A program made the translations under genes and the position numbers. Below the pieces are notes generated by a model. It did not search any database. It was not told the origin of the DNA and saw only the letters and a program-made list of their open reading frames with translations. A DNA stretch of 64,000 bases from Candidatus Saccharimonadota bacterium (GTDB lineage: Bacteria; Patescibacteriota; Saccharimonadia; Saccharimonadales; UBA4665), in NCBI GenBank assembly GCA_027459325.1, contig DAIDIO010000002.1, forward strand, positions 1,951 to 65,950, read 5' to 3'. Within the stretch, counting starts at the first letter, position 1, and every line of letters begins with the position of its first letter. Positions 1 to 10,109 of the stretch are shown here, one piece after another.

Positions 1-263
1 CCCTCCGGCATAGATTGTGTCTGCCTCGGTGAAACTTCAATTAAAAACTGGATGGCGGTTTCCCAGTCATTGCTATCAAGTGTGGTCAGTATTTTACAAA
101 AACGGGTACTGCCACCAAGACGGTCGTAGGCCAGTAAGCAGGGATCAACGTCAACAATAACTGCTTGCTGTCCAAGTTTGGTTATTTTGTCGGCTCCGTA
201 CAGGCTCTCTAGCTCGGCCAGTCCTAGTTCCGGTTGGCGTCCCAGTATCAATAAACTTTGCAT
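1..263 (-). CDS. partial CDS (first 87 codons; continues past window start), unknown function
   Basis: The reverse strand has ATG at 263-261 with GGAGGTAG directly upstream (264-271). The frame stays open to position 1 (MQSLLILGRQPELGLAELESLYGADKI...). It is absent from the ORF track because it has no in-window stop. Confidence 0.5.
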   Translation of the reverse strand, partial: MQSLLILGRQPELGLAELESLYGADKITKLGQQAVIVDVDPCLLAYDRLGGSTRFCKILTTLDSNDWETAIQFLIEVSPRQTQSMPE

Positions 264-311
264 CTACCTCCTAGTTTACCTGATTTGACAGCCGGTTGAT
301 ATAATAGGGAA

Positions 312-1373
312 ATGCAGTCATGGTTCCGCCGCAACTGGAAGTTAGCGGTTAATCTCTTTACTTTAGTGGCACTTGCTTTATTAGTCTTCGCAACCAGGCA
401 TCAGATAGGATCGACCTTTAGCCACTTATCTCATGTTAAAGTCTGGTTCCTGCTTCTTATAATTCCTATTGAAGCTCTTAATTATCATGCTCAGGCCAAA
501 ATATACCAGCGACTCTTTACGATTGTAGGTAATAAAATGTCCTATAGGTTTTTATATCGGGCATCGCTGGAACTTAATTTTGTTAATCACGTTTTCCCGA
601 GCGGTGGCGTTACTGGAATATCCTATTTTAGTCTAAGGTTGCGTAAGGGCAAAGAATTGGGTGCCGCTAAAGTTACGCTGATTCATCTTATGAAAATCGT
701 TATGTATATTGTGGCCTTTGAAATTATCTTAATTTTCGGGGCTATAGCACTAGCGCTCATGGGAGATGTTAATAAGCTGGTTATTTTAGCGGTTGGCGCC
801 TTATCGGTGACTTTAATATTCCTGTCCTTTGGTTTTCTATTCATTGTCGGTAAGCGCAGCCGCATCGATGGCTTTTTTATCTGGCTTACCAGGTCTGTAA
901 ATAAGTTAATCCGAAGCGTACGACCAAATTCACCGGAAACCATTAACGTTACGGCGGCCCGCAATATTTTTGGCGAATTCCACACTACTTATTTACAACT
1001 TAAGGCTAACTATACACAGCTAAAAAGCCCGTTCGTCTATTCTTTCGTGGCTGATGTAACCGAAGTGGCTGCTTTATATGTTGTTTATATGGCCTTTGGC
1101 AAGTATGTGAATATTGGCGCCGTTATATTGGCATACGGCGTTGCTAACTTTGCCGGTTTAGTCTCAGTATTGCCAGGCGGCGTGGGCATATATGAAGGGC
1201 TAATGACTGTAGTACTCGCAACCACCGGCATCTCTCCCGGTGTTAGTCTGCCAATAACGGTAATGTATCGTGTGCTTAATACTCTGGTACAGATACCTCT
1301 AGGATACGTTCTCTATAACCGGGCAATTAGTAAAGGCCGATTAAATAAAAAGGACATAGCTAGTGGAGCGTGA
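312..1373 (+). CDS. polytopic membrane protein, lysyl-phosphatidylglycerol-synthase-TM-like / flippase-like (UPF0104-type)
   Basis: 353 aa with about 8 hydrophobic helices. The overall pattern resembles the LPG_synthase_TM family. Called by eye only. Confidence 0.5.
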   Translation: MQSWFRRNWKLAVNLFTLVALALLVFATRHQIGSTFSHLSHVKVWFLLLIIPIEALNYHAQAKIYQRLFTIVGNKMSYRFLYRASLELNFVNHVFPSGGVTGISYFSLRLRKGKELGAAKVTLIHLMKIVMYIVAFEIILIFGAIALALMGDVNKLVILAVGALSVTLIFLSFGFLFIVGKRSRIDGFFIWLTRSVNKLIRSVRPNSPETINVTAARNIFGEFHTTYLQLKANYTQLKSPFVYSFVADVTEVAALYVVYMAFGKYVNIGAVILAYGVANFAGLVSVLPGGVGIYEGLMTVVLATTGISPGVSLPITVMYRVLNTLVQIPLGYVLYNRAISKGRLNKKDIASGA

Positions 1374-2490
1374 AGCTATTGAACTTAGTGTCAGCGATTT
1401 TGTAGGGCTTTTTAATCAAACTCTTGATATGGCATATCCTAGCGTTACCATTGTCGGTGAACTGGCTAACCTCAGGATCAGCCGCAATAAATGGATTTAT
1501 TTTGATTTAAAAGACGAAGCGGCAAGTGTTAAGTTTTTTGGAAGCGTCTATCAGTTGCCCGGGCCTTTAGAAGAGGGTTTACTTATTAAAGTTCGTGGCC
1601 AGCCTAGACTACATAATTTATACGGTTTTAGTATTAACGTACAAAGCATGCAGCCCACTGGGGAGGGCAGCATCAAAAAAGCAGCCGACCTTTTAAAACA
1701 GCAGCTAGATAAAGAAGGTTTATTTGACGCTTCACGCAAAAGGTCTTTGCCATATCCTCCCCAGCGGATAGGGCTTATAACATCTAAACAGTCAGCGGCC
1801 TATGCTGACTTTATAAAGATAATTAATTCAAGATGGTCCGGACTGACGATAGAACTAATTGACGTCCAAGTTCAAGGCGAAGCTGCGCCACAGCAGATTA
1901 TCACTGCGATAAATCAATTTAATAGTGACACTAGGCCGCCTGATGTGTTGGTGCTAATAAGAGGTGGAGGTAGCGCTGAAGACCTTATGGCCTTTAGCAC
2001 GGAAGAAGTAACCAGGGCTGTTGCAACCAGCCGGGTGCCAACTCTTGTGGCTATTGGTCATGAAATAGATGTTTGTCTTAGTGAACTAGCGGCCGATCAA
2101 CGAGCCAGTACTCCCAGCAATGCTGCAGAGCTACTGGTGCCGGATAAGCTATCCTTATTAAATCAGCTTGAAAGTCTAAGCCTAGATCTTACTAATATAA
2201 CTAATAGTTATATGAGGGCTGCACATCAAAACATAATCGATTTAAGTAAATCTATAAGAGATAATTTTGAGTCTAGACTAAAAGCGGCACAAAATCATTT
2301 GATGGCAAGCTCGGCTATTGTGGCGGCTTATAACCCTGAGTCAATTTTAAAAAGAGGTTACGCTATTGTAAGGGCAAGTGATGGTAATGTTGTGCACTCG
2401 GCAAAAGAAGTTGAAAAGGGAAATCTTGTTAATATTAAGCTGCATAAGGGTGCTTTAGTGGCAACCGTCGACAAAATTAATTCTAACTAG
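1363..2490 (+). CDS. xseA: exodeoxyribonuclease VII large subunit
   Basis: N-terminal OB-fold-like region, an LIRGGGS.EDL motif and a coiled-coil C-terminus. It is followed directly by xseB. Confidence 0.88.
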   Translation: MEREAIELSVSDFVGLFNQTLDMAYPSVTIVGELANLRISRNKWIYFDLKDEAASVKFFGSVYQLPGPLEEGLLIKVRGQPRLHNLYGFSINVQSMQPTGEGSIKKAADLLKQQLDKEGLFDASRKRSLPYPPQRIGLITSKQSAAYADFIKIINSRWSGLTIELIDVQVQGEAAPQQIITAINQFNSDTRPPDVLVLIRGGGSAEDLMAFSTEEVTRAVATSRVPTLVAIGHEIDVCLSELAADQRASTPSNAAELLVPDKLSLLNQLESLSLDLTNITNSYMRAAHQNIIDLSKSIRDNFESRLKAAQNHLMASSAIVAAYNPESILKRGYAIVRASDGNVVHSAKEVEKGNLVNIKLHKGALVATVDKINSN

Positions 2491-2498
2491 GAGATAAA

Positions 2499-2699
2499 AT
2501 GTCAAAATCAGCAAGAACTTATACAGAAATAAAAAACGAGCTGGATCAGGTAGTGTCGGCTTTGCAGAAAGAGGATCTAGACGTTGAGGAAGCATTGACT
2601 CTTTATGAACAGGGACAACAGCTGATCAAAGAATTAGAAAATTACCTGCAACAAGCTGAAAATAAAGTAATAGAGCTTAAAGCAAAATTTGCTAAATGA
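2499..2699 (+). CDS. xseB: exodeoxyribonuclease VII small subunit
   Basis: 66-aa helical protein (LE.IV..LE...L.LEE.L.LYE.G..L). Its position immediately after xseA fits. Confidence 0.85.
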   Translation: MSKSARTYTEIKNELDQVVSALQKEDLDVEEALTLYEQGQQLIKELENYLQQAENKVIELKAKFAK

Positions 2700-3190
2700 T
2701 CATTGCTATTATAATTATTGCCGCGCTTATAGTAGCTATATGTTTTTCAGCTGTTTTGCTATTTGGTGCGCCATATTTGCCGACATTAGCACCGCAAGTT
2801 CAGGCAGCGCTTAAACTCGCGGATTTAAAGCCTAATCAAAGCTTGATTGAGCTAGGTTGCGGAGACGGCCGGGTGTTAATAGCTGCTGCCGAAGCGGGGC
2901 TGAGCGTTACAGGTTATGAAATTAACCCTATTTTAGCCTTAATTGCTTGGTTGAGAACCAGGAAGTATGGCGGTAAAGTTAAAGTAGAATGGGGCAACTT
3001 CTGGCATAAACAGTGGCCTGAAACAGATGCGGTATTTGTATTTTTATTAGACAAATATATGAAAAGATTGGATACATTATGTATTCAAAATACATCAAGG
3101 CCGTTGAAGCTGGTTAGCTTTGCTTTTAAAGTTCCGGATCGAAAACCGGTAAAGGTCCTTAACGGGGTATATCTGTATGTCTACAGGTAG
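2696..3190 (+). CDS. class I SAM-dependent methyltransferase with N-terminal TM helix
   Basis: Motif I is ELGCGDGRVL. The start overlaps the xseB stop in an ATGA. Confidence 0.65.
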   Translation: MIIAIIIIAALIVAICFSAVLLFGAPYLPTLAPQVQAALKLADLKPNQSLIELGCGDGRVLIAAAEAGLSVTGYEINPILALIAWLRTRKYGGKVKVEWGNFWHKQWPETDAVFVFLLDKYMKRLDTLCIQNTSRPLKLVSFAFKVPDRKPVKVLNGVYLYVYR

Positions 3191-3229
3191 ATATTGCTTG
3201 AGCAAGTATGTTTAGGGTAAGATTAGCCT

Positions 3230-3880
3230 ATGATTAAACATAACCAGGAAGGCGCTGCCAGTAGCGGTTTAATTATTGCGAGCTTGAGCGTGCTGTGCCT
3301 TCTTGCTCTGGTGTTTGGAGGATGGGCTTATTCCGGCAGGCAACACTACAAGAATGATAGCCAAGGCCTGATTAGTGCCGCTGTTAAAACTGCAGTAGCG
3401 CAATCGGTTAGTGCTCAAAATGCCCAGTTTGCCCAAGCCGAACAATTTCCTTTAAGTACCTATAATGGCCCCGCGGCTTACGGGAGTATGATCATTCAGT
3501 ACCCCAAAAACTGGAGCGGTGAAGTAGATAACGGTGGAAATAATGCCTTTGAGGCCTTTTTTGCGCCAGGAGTATTACCGTCTGTAACTGACCAAAGTTC
3601 AATTTTTGCATTAACAGTTCAAGTACTTAATCAGGCATATACTGACGTTGTTTCGGGAATTCAATCTTCACCGGGTGTTACCATTAGCGCATACGCTCTA
3701 CCAAAAGTTAAAAACTTAGTAGGCGTTGAAGTCAGTGGCCCGATCGGTCCCAATCAAACGCAGCAAACGATGATTATTCTTCCGCTTAGGACTAATACTC
3801 TCGAGATAGCGACTGACGGCAGTCAGAATTTGAGTGCTTTTAACAGTATAATTTTGCCTAATTTCAGCTTTTCGCCATAG
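3230..3880 (+). CDS. hypothetical membrane-anchored/secreted protein
   Basis: Single N-terminal TM helix followed by a polar domain. No motif recognised. Confidence 0.45.
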   Translation: MIKHNQEGAASSGLIIASLSVLCLLALVFGGWAYSGRQHYKNDSQGLISAAVKTAVAQSVSAQNAQFAQAEQFPLSTYNGPAAYGSMIIQYPKNWSGEVDNGGNNAFEAFFAPGVLPSVTDQSSIFALTVQVLNQAYTDVVSGIQSSPGVTISAYALPKVKNLVGVEVSGPIGPNQTQQTMIILPLRTNTLEIATDGSQNLSAFNSIILPNFSFSP

Positions 3881-3946
3881 ATCTTTTGGTCTACAATAGA
3901 AATTAGTAAGCGAAGGGTAGAGCGGCCTAATAAAGCCGTATGTGAT

Positions 3947-4666
3947 ATGGGCACTCAAGAACAAACATTTCAGATACTGTCTCAAGAATTGTTACTGGTT
4001 GTTGCCGAGGAATTAAAACTGCCATTTATGCAAATAGCACGACTTGCGGAGCAGGCCGAGCTATCCGGTCAAAAACTTAATACTGCCTTGATTGAATCAA
4101 CCGCCGACTCGGCTTTAAAGCTAATAGATAACTATATTTTAGGAGTAAGGCTGAGTCTAAGCCCGGAGCGGCTGGGACTGGAAAATGTATCAGTGTCTTC
4201 GGTGCTCTATGATACCCGCGAAGAACTATATTCCTATGCTAAAAATTACGGTGTCGATTTAGATCTCAATATTGCCGGTAAGTACGGCCCAGTCTCTGCA
4301 AATAAAAAGGGCCTGGAAGCGGCGTTAGTCAGCCTTGGCGCGGCATTAATAGAGGCATTACCGGCTATCGGCACATGCCAGTTGAGGCTAAAGCTAGCAA
4401 CCCATCGCAGCCGTTACGGTATTGTTGCGGGCGTCTACGCCGATACTAAACAAGTGAGTTTAAGTGCCTTGCAAGCCGGACGAAAACTTTCCATTTCGAG
4501 TCGGCAACCGCTGGTAAATTTAAGCCATTCCAGCGGGGCAGGCATCTTTGTAGCCGACTCTATTCTAAAAGCCATGAATCTTAACTTAACAGTTAGTCGT
4601 CACGATAAATGGTATGGCATAGCAACTATATTGCCACTTAGTCAACAACTACAACTAATAACATGA
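3947..4666 (+). CDS. soluble histidine-kinase-like protein with degenerate H-box (His replaced by Glu)
   Basis: AEELKLPF aligns with the SHE(L/M)RTP H-boxes of the two bona fide kinases in this window. C-terminal G-box-like segments (GAGIFVADSIL) are present. The stop overlaps the start of the downstream receiver gene (ATGA). Confidence 0.45.
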   Translation: MGTQEQTFQILSQELLLVVAEELKLPFMQIARLAEQAELSGQKLNTALIESTADSALKLIDNYILGVRLSLSPERLGLENVSVSSVLYDTREELYSYAKNYGVDLDLNIAGKYGPVSANKKGLEAALVSLGAALIEALPAIGTCQLRLKLATHRSRYGIVAGVYADTKQVSLSALQAGRKLSISSRQPLVNLSHSSGAGIFVADSILKAMNLNLTVSRHDKWYGIATILPLSQQLQLIT

Positions 4667-5049
4667 CGAAGCTCTTGCTAATAGAACCTGATCGAATGCT
4701 GGCCAGCATTTACTTTGATGCTTTAAGCGCAGCTGGCTGTGAGGTTATTTATGCAGCAGGCGCGCAGCTGGCAATTTTAGTTGCCGATCAGATACAGCCT
4801 GACCTAATTGTTCTTGAATTACAACTCATAGAGCATTCCGGCATAGAGTTTCTGTATGAGCTTAGGTCTTACGCCGACTGGCAAAAGGTGCCGGTAATAA
4901 TAAATTCAGTTGTTCCACCCAGGGAGTTCAATAATAGCTATAAGCTATTAAAAAAGGAGCTAGGAGTAGTAGACTATCTATATAAGCCCAGCAGTACACT
5001 TAAGACACTAGTCGCGGCAGTTAATAAGGTTAGCCTGAGCAAAGTGTGA
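4663..5049 (+). CDS. stand-alone receiver (REC) domain protein with phospho-acceptor Asp replaced by Glu
   Basis: CheY-like pattern: LLLIEPD, DLIVLELQL (Glu where Asp57 is expected), VIINS and YLYKP. Confidence 0.7.
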   Translation: MTKLLLIEPDRMLASIYFDALSAAGCEVIYAAGAQLAILVADQIQPDLIVLELQLIEHSGIEFLYELRSYADWQKVPVIINSVVPPREFNNSYKLLKKELGVVDYLYKPSSTLKTLVAAVNKVSLSKV

Positions 5050-5735
5050 AAACTTTAATCACCGAGGGTATAGTATTAAACCGGATCAATTACGGCGAGG
5101 CCGACAGGATTTTGACGATACTTACTCGTGATAGTGGCAAATTAAGGTTAATGGCCAAAGGGGTGCGGAGAGTAAAGTCTAAGCTAGCTGGCGGCATAGA
5201 GCTGTTTAGTGTTAGCGAGCTTAGCTATATTAGCGGTCGAAATGATATCGGCACCTTAGTTTCCAGTCGCCTTAAAACCTACTATAGCCATATTGTTGAA
5301 GATATGGACCGCGTCCAGTTAGGTTATGAATTAATTAAGTTATTAAATAAAACTACGGAAGACAATTATGAGCCCAGCTACTTTGAATTACTTGAGCAAA
5401 CTTTCATGGCGCTGAATGATTTATCGCTCGATCTAAATTTGGTTAAAACCTGGTTTAAAGCCCAGCTACTCCGCGATGCTGGGCATATGCCAAACCTGAC
5501 TGCTGATCGAGAAGGGAATAAACTTAAAGAAGAAAATAATTATACTTTTGATGTTGAGCATATGGGTTTCGTAGCAAATAAATCAGGAAGCTACACAGCC
5601 AATCATATTAAGCTGCTCAGACTAATCTTTAGTGCTAATACCCCAGCTGTATTAAGCAGGGTTAAATCGGTAGAGTCCTTGCTTACAAATTTGATGCCGC
5701 TGATAAATACTATGTATGATGACCATATTTCCTGA
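5046..5735 (+). CDS. recO: DNA repair protein RecO
   Basis: N-terminal OB-fold pattern (GIVL....YGE.D.I...LT...G) and typical length. Confidence 0.8.
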   Translation: MKTLITEGIVLNRINYGEADRILTILTRDSGKLRLMAKGVRRVKSKLAGGIELFSVSELSYISGRNDIGTLVSSRLKTYYSHIVEDMDRVQLGYELIKLLNKTTEDNYEPSYFELLEQTFMALNDLSLDLNLVKTWFKAQLLRDAGHMPNLTADREGNKLKEENNYTFDVEHMGFVANKSGSYTANHIKLLRLIFSANTPAVLSRVKSVESLLTNLMPLINTMYDDHIS

Positions 5736-5800
5736 AAAGTAGCGATCAAGCTAAAAGTGTGGTATTTTATACCCATAAATTTCTTTAGGAAGAATTAAAT

Positions 5801-6055
5801 ATGTCTATTGCGATACGTTCAGATTACCAAAAGGATGGCCGTGCGGGGGCAGAGATTTGGGAACACCGCTTAACCAATATTAATACGCTACTTGAAATAG
5901 GCTTTTTGACAGTCAATGATCACGTTGGCTTTCTAAACGAAAGACCAGAGGTTTTTAATGCTATCGTAGGTTATAACCTGGCTAGTCATATAGAAATGCA
6001 TTTGGGTGCTAAAGCCTCCGATTTTGCTAGCCGCGAAGCTGTTGCAAGCCGCTAA
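5801..6055 (+). CDS. hypothetical protein
   Basis: 84-aa ORF in its own intergenic slot. No motif recognised. Confidence 0.35.
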   Translation: MSIAIRSDYQKDGRAGAEIWEHRLTNINTLLEIGFLTVNDHVGFLNERPEVFNAIVGYNLASHIEMHLGAKASDFASREAVASR

Positions 6056-6093
6056 TAATTGCCGTCTCAACACCTCTGCTATAATGTGGGTTA

Positions 6094-7431
6094 ATGACCG
6101 AACAGCCTAATCTAGAAACCATTGTAAGTTTATGTAAACGCCGCGGCTTTGTTTTTCAGGCTAGCGAGATATATGGTGGTCTGGCGGGCTTTTATGATTA
6201 CGGCCCACTTGGCGTGGAGCTGGTCAATAAGCTGAAAGCTGAGTGGTGGCGGGCGACCGTAACGGACAACGATAATATCTTCGGAGTCGACGGCGCCATT
6301 ATACAGAACCCTAAGCTTTGGGAAGCCTCCGGCCATGTTGCTGGCTTTAATGATCCAATGGTTGAAGACTTAGTTACCCATAAACGTTACAGAGCTGATC
6401 ATTTGGCTGGTACAGACTCAACTGATTTAAAGGAACTGGCGCAGTTACTTAAAGATAAGCAGTCGCCAGACGGGAATAACTTAAGTGAACCGCGATATTT
6501 CAATATGATGATGCAGACCTTTATTGGTCCAGTTCATGATAGTAATTCGGTAGCTTATTTGCGACCAGAAACGGCTGGTTCTATATTTACTAATTTTAAT
6601 AATGTCCGAGAGACTATGAGAGCTAAACTGCCTTTTGGCATAGCTCAGATTGGTAAGGCCTTTCGGAATGAAATTAGCCCTAGGGATTTCATTTTTCGGG
6701 TCAGAGAACTGGAACAGATGGAAATGCAATACTTTATAAAGCCTGACCAGCAAGCCGATGTATATGAATCATGGCGACAGTTTGCCTGGAGCTTTTTAGT
6801 GGACAAGTTAGGCATTAAAGAAGAGAATTTGCAGTGGCATGAGCATGACGAAAAAGAACGCGCTCATTATGCCGCAGCTGCTCATGATGTCTATTTTAAA
6901 TTCCCTCAAGGCTTTAAGGAACTCTGGGGAACCCACAACCGGACCGATTACGATCTTACAAATCACCAGAACTTCAGCGGTAAGGATTTAACCTACTATG
7001 ACGAAGACACTAAGGATAAATACATTCCATACGTTATTGAGTCTTCAGTTGGTGTTGGAAGAATGTTTATGGCAGTACTGGTAAACGCTTACCATGAAGA
7101 GCAGGTTAATGGTGAAACCCGGGTTGTGCTAAAGCTAAAGCCAGAACTAGCGCCATATCGGGTAGCGGTCTCGCCGCTTCTTAAGAACAAGCCTGAACTT
7201 GTTGCTAAAGCCAGGCAAGTTTATGAGAATTTAAAGACTGAATTTGGTTCGGTTATGTGGGACGATAACGGTAATATCGGTAAAAGGTATCGCCGCCAAG
7301 ATGAAATAGGCACACCTTATTGTGTGACTGTTGACTTTGATTCACTGAGCGACGACAGTGTAACAGTCCGTGACCGTGATACGACGGAGCAAAAACGGGT
7401 TAAGATTAGTGAGCTAGTATCAAATCTTTAG
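6094..7431 (+). CDS. glyQS: glycine--tRNA ligase (dimeric class II type)
   Basis: Contains IYGG..G.YDYGPLG, FRNEISPR and a C-terminal anticodon-binding domain. Confidence 0.93.
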   Translation: MTEQPNLETIVSLCKRRGFVFQASEIYGGLAGFYDYGPLGVELVNKLKAEWWRATVTDNDNIFGVDGAIIQNPKLWEASGHVAGFNDPMVEDLVTHKRYRADHLAGTDSTDLKELAQLLKDKQSPDGNNLSEPRYFNMMMQTFIGPVHDSNSVAYLRPETAGSIFTNFNNVRETMRAKLPFGIAQIGKAFRNEISPRDFIFRVRELEQMEMQYFIKPDQQADVYESWRQFAWSFLVDKLGIKEENLQWHEHDEKERAHYAAAAHDVYFKFPQGFKELWGTHNRTDYDLTNHQNFSGKDLTYYDEDTKDKYIPYVIESSVGVGRMFMAVLVNAYHEEQVNGETRVVLKLKPELAPYRVAVSPLLKNKPELVAKARQVYENLKTEFGSVMWDDNGNIGKRYRRQDEIGTPYCVTVDFDSLSDDSVTVRDRDTTEQKRVKISELVSNL

Positions 7432-7487
7432 CCGCCAGTGATTTCTCAGCTAGTCGGATTAAATTTTAAACAGGATATAATTAACTT

Positions 7488-8045
7488 ATGGCAAACAAAA
7501 ACCAAGCCAACGTCTACGCTTTCATTGACAGTCAGAATTTAAATCTTGGTACACAGCGCATGGGGTGGAAGCTTGACTGGCGACGTTTCCGTCAGTATCT
7601 GCATGATAAATACGGCGTTACCAAAGCCTATATGTTTATAGGCTACATGAGTGAGAATGAATCACTCTATGAATATATGCATGAGCTTGGTTACTTAGTG
7701 GTGCTGAAGCCGACAATTGATGTAATGAATCCCGAAGGCCGGGAAGAGCAAAACGGTCACCACGAGGAACGCGAAAAACCAATGGTTAAAGGCAATGTTG
7801 ATGCTGAATTGGTGCTTTATGCCATGAAAGAGCAGCCAAATTACGATAAAGCGATTATTGTTTCCGGAGATGGCGATTTTTATAGTTTAATCGAATATCT
7901 TGATGAAGCTGGACGGCTTGACTGTGTTATGGCTCCCAACTGGCAATACTCAAGCTTGCTTAAACCTTTTGAGGATAAGATTGTTAGGTTAGATAAATTA
8001 CGACGTAAACTCGCTTATCATGATAAAAAAAGAGTAGTTAAGTAG
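7488..8045 (+). CDS. NYN-domain (LabA-like) putative RNase
   Basis: Contains FIDSQNL and VSGDGDF motifs. Confidence 0.7.
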   Translation: MANKNQANVYAFIDSQNLNLGTQRMGWKLDWRRFRQYLHDKYGVTKAYMFIGYMSENESLYEYMHELGYLVVLKPTIDVMNPEGREEQNGHHEEREKPMVKGNVDAELVLYAMKEQPNYDKAIIVSGDGDFYSLIEYLDEAGRLDCVMAPNWQYSSLLKPFEDKIVRLDKLRRKLAYHDKKRVVK

Positions 8046-8059
8046 GAGGCCCGATAAGC

Positions 8060-8686
8060 ATGAAAATAACTAAATATGTGCATGCCTGTTTACTGGTTGA
8101 AACTGATGACAGGGTAGCGCTTTTTGACCCGGGTGCTATGAGCTATCCGGTTTTTAACATAGCGAAACTGTCTCGTCTGGATGACATCTTTATTACCCAC
8201 AATCATGGCGATCACTATCTAACACCATTTATTAAAGAGCTTAAAGAAAAATTTCCCAATGCCAGGATTACGACTACCGCCGAAGTAGCCTCTGAACTTA
8301 AGAAAGAGGGTATTGAAGCCAAGACAGATGCTCCATCAGGGGTAGAATTCTTTGATTCACCTCATGAAAGTGTTGAACCACTGTTTCCGCAGCCCGAAGA
8401 AATAGGCATACATTATTTAGATAAACTGAGCCATCCTGGTGATTCTCATAGTTTTAAAGAGACAAAAGAGATACTGGCGCTACCTATTACCGGACCCTGG
8501 GGTAGTTCAATTAAAGCCCTTAATCTTACACTAGAACTAAAGCCAAAGTTTGTCATACCAATTCATGATTGGCATTGGAGTGATGAAGCCAGAAAGCAAA
8601 TGTACGATAGTTATGAAACGGTACTGGCAAAATCGGACATCAAAATATATAAGCCGCAAACTGGCATAGCCATCGAAATAAATTAG
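8060..8686 (+). CDS. MBL-fold metallo-hydrolase
   Basis: Contains the HNHGDH (HxHxDH) motif. Confidence 0.75.
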   Translation: MKITKYVHACLLVETDDRVALFDPGAMSYPVFNIAKLSRLDDIFITHNHGDHYLTPFIKELKEKFPNARITTTAEVASELKKEGIEAKTDAPSGVEFFDSPHESVEPLFPQPEEIGIHYLDKLSHPGDSHSFKETKEILALPITGPWGSSIKALNLTLELKPKFVIPIHDWHWSDEARKQMYDSYETVLAKSDIKIYKPQTGIAIEIN

Positions 8687-8695
8687 GTTGAATCT

Positions 8696-10009
8696 TTAGT
8701 ATAGACCCAAGCAGGCTATAGCCTTTTTTGCGATCTTGCTTGGCGTGGAAGGGTGCTTGTTCAAGTAAATCGCCATTCTATAAATTCTAATTAATCGTTT
8801 TGTTTCATCTTCCCAATTCCGGCCTTCCGCGAATTGTCGGCCGTTTTCTCCTAAGCTAAATCTTAGCTTAGGGTTGTTGATTAATCTGGTTACGACATCT
8901 TTCAGTTGTTCTGCGGTTTCATACTTTAGCCCATTCACACCTTCCTCTACCAGCTGAATAAAGGCGCCTTTATCTGGAGTTACTACTGGCAGGCCAGCAG
9001 CTAAGCCTTCGAATAATACTTGGGAATAGGATTCTGTTTCACTTGTTAAGACCATGATGTCGCCGTTAGAGTAGGCGTCAGCCAGTTCTTCGCCTCTGAG
9101 CATGCCAGTAATTACTGCACCCGGTAGCAATTGTTCCAGGTTTTGTCTTTCAGGGCCATCACCAACCAGGACAATTTTTGAGTTAGGTAGGTCCTCAATA
9201 TCTTTTAGTTTACTTAAACTCTTCTCGGCTGCCAGTCTACCCGGCACTAATATTACTAGCTCGTCGTCTTTTATGCCCCACGCTTGACGCTGTTTAATAG
9301 CATCGGGCCGGTATCGTCTTTCGGGATTAAACATAGGGTCAACACCATTAGCAAGTCTAACAAGGGTATCTTTTGAAACTTGTTCTCTTTCGAGAATATA
9401 TTCATCCATAGCAATAGACGGGGAATAGTTAATATCTGCTCGTCCATGCATCCGGTTTTCTTGTCTTTTTACGAAACTGTCTATTATTGGAGCGCCTGGT
9501 AAAAACAGCTTGGGGATCATGTTTCTGGCGATGAATCGGTTAAAAGATTGTGCTCCGGCAACAATAGGTAAGTGGTGATCGTAAGCCATATCTATGACGC
9601 TGCCTCCTAGAAAAAATAAGCCAAATGGTCCTCTCATCGGGGTTGCTGCGTGGACTACGTCGAAATTACCGTCACTCAACATCTTACTAAAGCTTATTGC
9701 CGGACGTAGTATGCTAAGTTGAAAGTTTCGAATGGGCAAATAGCCTGTTTCTATGACTTTTGCTCCACCTAAAGGCCCATGTATAGCTTTATCATAATCG
9801 GGTAGTAAGATGGTCAGTTCATGCTGTGCTTCGGTCAGCAGCGGTGCGGTATACATAAGTTTATTGACCGGGCCTGATATAACCGAACTTTCATTGGCCC
9901 ATAGTATTTTTAACTTTTCCGGTTGGTCACTGAATAGCTGTTCCTCAACACGGTTAATAGTAGCATCCTCGCTTACCGGGAAATTCTCTGTAATCATCAG
10001 AAACAACAT
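8696..10009 (-). CDS. glycosyltransferase family 4 (GT-B)
   Basis: The C-terminal half shows the Glycos_transf_1 pattern (SETESYSQVLFEGLAAGLPVV). Confidence 0.75.
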   Translation of the reverse strand: MLFLMITENFPVSEDATINRVEEQLFSDQPEKLKILWANESSVISGPVNKLMYTAPLLTEAQHELTILLPDYDKAIHGPLGGAKVIETGYLPIRNFQLSILRPAISFSKMLSDGNFDVVHAATPMRGPFGLFFLGGSVIDMAYDHHLPIVAGAQSFNRFIARNMIPKLFLPGAPIIDSFVKRQENRMHGRADINYSPSIAMDEYILEREQVSKDTLVRLANGVDPMFNPERRYRPDAIKQRQAWGIKDDELVILVPGRLAAEKSLSKLKDIEDLPNSKIVLVGDGPERQNLEQLLPGAVITGMLRGEELADAYSNGDIMVLTSETESYSQVLFEGLAAGLPVVTPDKGAFIQLVEEGVNGLKYETAEQLKDVVTRLINNPKLRFSLGENGRQFAEGRNWEDETKRLIRIYRMAIYLNKHPSTPSKIAKKAIACLGLY

Positions 10010-10109
10010 ATGTCAAAATGTAGCCATCTGTCAAATTATAACTCCCAGAATCTACCACGAAAATTTATCTTAATTTGGGAAAGGGAAATACCGGCAGTGA
10101 GGGGTCTAA

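Noticed and set aside
2696-5049. Possibility of an alternative genetic code (UGA recoded, as in some CPR lineages).
   Set aside because: TGA terminates xseB, the kinase-like gene and the receiver gene exactly at ATGA/GTGA overlaps with the next start. All housekeeping ORFs are full length under the standard code.
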